Below, piece after piece: positions 63,244 to 64,000 of a stretch of 64,000 bases of DNA. Position 1 is the stretch's first letter. Every line of letters begins with the position of its first letter. The translations under genes were made by a program, and so were the position numbers. The DNA is from Nostoc sp. (lineage in GTDB: Bacteria > Cyanobacteriota > Cyanobacteriia > Cyanobacteriales > Nostocaceae): assembly GCA_036918135.1 (NCBI GenBank), contig JBALDB010000067.1:160001-224000 (forward strand), read 5' to 3'. The notes under the pieces are model-generated. The model saw only the letters and a list, made by a program, of their open reading frames with translations. It did not search any database and was not told the DNA's origin.

Positions 63244-64000
63244 ATGATTGAAAAAATCGAGCCATTAGGAACAGGAACAGGAAAAATAGTATACAGTACT
63301 AACAATTGTGAAGATATTTTACACTTTTCTAAAGCGGAAATTCTGGATTTATTCAAGTTATCTGGAGTTATTCTTTTTCGAGGTTTTGGAGTAACTCCCA
63401 TACAGATGAAAGCTTTTTCTGAAAAATTCAGTCATAGCTACCTTAAAGATCCCACGAAAGGAAGTCTTGACTCGGTTGATTTTGTTAACTCAGTAGATAC
63501 CGGAATGGGTGCTAGTGCTGCTCATACAGAACATGGTTCTAGTCCTTATCAACCCGATGTTATTTGGTTTTGCTGTACAACCCCTGCACAAGAAGGAGGT
63601 GAAACTCTATTTTGGGATGGTATCCAACTTTGGAAGGAAATGAGCAAACATACCAAACAGTTATTTATTGATAAAAAACTCAAGTTTACTTTTGAAGATG
63701 TGCCATTAGATGTATTAAATCAATGGGTTGATTGTGGTGAAACCATTGATGATTGCAAGCAAGTCTTGGATCGATTTGAGGATTTTAATTATCAAATAAA
63801 TGAAGATTCAAGCTTTTCTTTAAAATATCTTTGCTCAGCTGTCGTAAAAACCAAGTATGGAAATCAAGATGCATTTGCCAACTTCGCTTGGACAGCTCAC
63901 GCTCGCGGATGGGAGATTTTTGAAGATGGTTCAAAGTTTTCTGAGGAAGTCGTTGATGAACTTGAGAAACTTTTCGACAAGTTGACGCAAGAAATCTCTT
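63244..64000 (+). CDS. TauD/TfdA-family Fe(II)/2-oxoglutarate dioxygenase, 3'-truncated (absent from the ORF track)
   Basis: Manual translation: MIEKIEPLG...GVILFRGF...AAHTEHG...PDVIWFCCTTPAQEGGETLFWDG. The frame stays open to the window end. Confidence 0.88.
   Translation, partial: MIEKIEPLGTGTGKIVYSTNNCEDILHFSKAEILDLFKLSGVILFRGFGVTPIQMKAFSEKFSHSYLKDPTKGSLDSVDFVNSVDTGMGASAAHTEHGSSPYQPDVIWFCCTTPAQEGGETLFWDGIQLWKEMSKHTKQLFIDKKLKFTFEDVPLDVLNQWVDCGETIDDCKQVLDRFEDFNYQINEDSSFSLKYLCSAVVKTKYGNQDAFANFAWTAHARGWEIFEDGSKFSEEVVDELEKLFDKLTQEIS

Noticed and set aside
2350..63401. Dozens of 60-121 aa ORFs on the minus strand or in alternative frames
   Set aside because: All overlap long, motif-rich + strand genes and show no recognisable motifs. 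Their recurring similarity simply mirrors the repeated KS/A/KR sequences.
2..64000. Assignment to a known cluster (microcystin, anachelin, cyanochelin, puwainaphycin, zwittermicin, paenilamicin)
   Set aside because: Individual parts are shared, but the module order and tailoring set do not match what I recall. No Cy, aminotransferase or DH domains are visible. A database search is still needed.

Overview
The whole window is the interior of one large, + strand, hybrid NRPS/cis-AT PKS gene cluster that runs off both ends. The source is cyanobacterial (frequent HIP1 GCGATCGC, AMIN-type TonB receptor); Nostocales is inferred from the repeat types. Order read from domain motifs: partial NRPS (A-T); PKS (KS-AT-MT-KR-ACP); a hydroxymalonyl-ACP-type cassette (FkbK/J/I/H-like, no FkbG) containing a JmjC hydroxylase; NRPS (C-A[Lys-like]-NMT-T-E); NRPS (Ser, Thr); TonB-dependent receptor; a Fur-boxed promoter; PKS (KS-AT-KR*-ACP-E); NRPS (C-A[Gly] with embedded monooxygenase-T); PLP aspartate decarboxylase; three PKS modules (the last with a dead KR); methyltransferase; terminal NRPS (C-A[beta-Ala]-T-Cys-type TE); two P450s lacking the I-helix Thr; a partial TauD-family dioxygenase. 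I do not recognise it as a characterised pathway, but no database search was possible. It looks like an iron-regulated metallophore cluster with unusual chemistry: two ATs apparently specialised for hydroxymalonyl-ACP, an epimerase domain on a PKS module, a mid-line Gly monooxygenase, and a possible Dieckmann-type (dihydro)pyridone release. A-domain codes were aligned by eye to GrsA, and all product predictions are inference.
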